Below the pieces are notes generated by a model. It did no database searches. It had not been told where the DNA came from and was given only the letters and a program-made list of their open reading frames with translations. Positions 62,361 through 64,000 of a DNA stretch of 64,000 nucleotides are shown one piece after another. The DNA is taken from NCBI GenBank assembly GCA_030742755.1, contig JASLTU010000004.1, positions 912 to 64,911 on the forward strand. Reading direction: 5' to 3'. Each line of letters begins with the position of its first letter. The stretch's first letter is position 1. The stretch is from Acidimicrobiales bacterium. Its GTDB lineage: Bacteria > Actinomycetota > Acidimicrobiia > Acidimicrobiales > MedAcidi-G1. Both the position numbers and the translations under genes were made by a program.

Positions 62361-62798
62361 ATGCGAGCTTTGGTGCAAAGAGTTAGAGAAGCCAGTGTAA
62401 GGGTTGACGATCAAACAGTAGGAGCCATAGGTCAAGGTTTGTGCGTATTCGTGGGGGTAACGCACGATGATGGATTTGAAGAGTGCGACTTGTTGATTAA
62501 GAAACTTCTTCATCTAAGAATTATGGATGACGAAAATGGGGTGATGAACAAGTCGGTCATAGACAATGAAAGTGAAATCTTGATTGTGAGCCAGTTCACG
62601 CTTTATGGCGATATCTCTAAAGGACGCCGACCGGCATGGTCAGCAGCAGCGGCACCTGAACAAGCTGAGCCATTGATTGAAAGGGTTGTAGAAGGTTTAA
62701 AAGCAGGTGGAGTGAAAGTGGAAACAGGTAAATTTCGACAATACATGTTGGTTGATTTAATAAACGATGGCCCTGCAACACTGATGATCGAAGTGTAA
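62361..62798 (+). CDS. dtd: D-aminoacyl-tRNA deacylase
   Basis: MRALVQRV, VSQFTL, KGRRP, NDGP. Confidence 0.96.
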   Translation: MRALVQRVREASVRVDDQTVGAIGQGLCVFVGVTHDDGFEECDLLIKKLLHLRIMDDENGVMNKSVIDNESEILIVSQFTLYGDISKGRRPAWSAAAAPEQAEPLIERVVEGLKAGGVKVETGKFRQYMLVDLINDGPATLMIEV

Positions 62799-62817
62799 AT
62801 ATTTCGAAAAGTAATTT

Positions 62818-64000
62818 TTATCTACCAAAAAAATGTGGGCGACGGCCTAAACCGAAAAGCATGAAAGAAATTACCAACATCGGCCAAATGCCAATTTCTG
62901 TGTACCAGGTATTCCCCGTTCGTATGCCTACACCTGCTTGAAGCACAGCTTGTTCGCTGATTCCAGTCCGTTGTATAACCTTGCCTGAAGGGTCGATTAT
63001 TGCACTGAAGCCAGTAGGAGCAGATTGAAGCAACCAACGGCCTGTTTCGATAGCTCTTAGTTGGCTTGATGCGACTTGTTGGCTTTGAACTTGTGTTAAC
63101 CAATAACTGGCCCCATTTGTTGGATTGATAATTATTCCAGCTTCGTGTTTTGCTGCTTCACGTGCCCGTTCTTCAAAGAAAACCTCCCAAGAGATGACCA
63201 CGCCGAGTTTCCCAAGAGATGAGTTGATTACAGCAGGTTCAGTTCCGGGTCGGACATCGCGTGCAGGAAGACTATCTTTAGCAAAGCGTTCCACTAAACC
63301 TCTTAGAGGTACAAACTCCCCGAACGGTACAGTTCTAACTTTTTCAAATCTTCCTGAAATCTGCCCTTCGGGTTCCAGCACTTCTACATAGTTTAAATTT
63401 GAGGTTGTATCCTCTGGATCTTTATGAAACCATCCTGCAGAGATAACTGTGTCTAATGATTTAGAGAGATTTTTCAGTGTTGAACGAGCATCATCTGAAT
63501 AAAGACGACTGGGATTTTTCTCAGCTTCAGGTAAATCCGGATCAGGATTAACTACATTTTCCGGCCATACAACCAAATCCACAGGAGTTTCAACATTGTT
63601 AGTAGCAGAAACTTGATTGGCGAAAACTATTGCAGCACCTGTTGGGGTTGCTCGAGTGCGTTGCGGCCCTCCACCTTGAACTACGGCGATGTTTATATTT
63701 TCAACCTCATGTCCATTTGGGGCAAATGCGGTTAACGTTCCAAGCCCAACAGTTATTATCAACGCTTTAGTTAGGACTTTCACAGCTTTTTTTGGAGTTT
63801 TAATTATGGTGCTCATTAAACAGCCAGCAGATGTGACAGCAGTGACAATAAGTAAAGGGCCGGCAACTTTAGACAGAGGAGCAATAGGGCCTGAAGCTTG
63901 ACCGATTGGAATTGACGCAAGCGGAACTCCGCCAAAAGGAAATCTCCAACGCGCTAGCTCTACTAATGTCATAATTCCAACAAGTGCTAATTGGCGTCCT
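62818..64000 (-). CDS. lnt: Apolipoprotein N-acyltransferase (5' part beyond window)
   Basis: E..R.RFPFGG.P, VVWPE, K...VPFGEFVP, RAIETGR; the nucleophile position reads ISWE rather than IC.E. Confidence 0.85.
   Translation of the reverse strand, partial: GRQLALVGIMTLVELARWRFPFGGVPLASIPIGQASGPIAPLSKVAGPLLIVTAVTSAGCLMSTIIKTPKKAVKVLTKALIITVGLGTLTAFAPNGHEVENINIAVVQGGGPQRTRATPTGAAIVFANQVSATNNVETPVDLVVWPENVVNPDPDLPEAEKNPSRLYSDDARSTLKNLSKSLDTVISAGWFHKDPEDTTSNLNYVEVLEPEGQISGRFEKVRTVPFGEFVPLRGLVERFAKDSLPARDVRPGTEPAVINSSLGKLGVVISWEVFFEERAREAAKHEAGIIINPTNGASYWLTQVQSQQVASSQLRAIETGRWLLQSAPTGFSAIIDPSGKVIQRTGISEQAVLQAGVGIRTGNTWYTEIGIWPMLVISFMLFGLGRRPHFFGR

Overview
A tightly packed, AT-rich (roughly 40% GC by eye) chromosomal region with actinobacterial gene content, most consistent with a marine Acidimicrobiia-type genome (inference). 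Housekeeping genes are tsaEBD/rimI, groES-groEL, a second groEL (each groE locus with a CIRCE operator), guaA, pcrA, tilS, hpt, panC, coaX, lysS, clpC, ispDF, rlmB, dtd, lnt and two tRNA-Thr genes. Highlights: (1) a selenocysteine formate dehydrogenase hidden in the ORF track by an in-frame UGA with a SECIS hairpin, split and permuted relative to FdsA, and co-oriented with a gamma-butyrobetaine/carnitine catabolic trio; (2) a four-gene set resembling the mycobacterial methylmannose polysaccharide (MMP) cluster (manT, orfD, mmpH, meT1); (3) an isobutyryl-CoA-mutase-type B12 operon; (4) amt-glnD without glnK; (5) a GC-richer PGPGW gene bracketed by a ~90-bp decayed duplication of the glnD/Nudix junction; (6) two apparent pseudo-phosphatases and an unannotated 44-aa membrane peptide. 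No CRISPR array, rRNA, integrase or transposase was seen. All family assignments are from motif recognition, not database searches.
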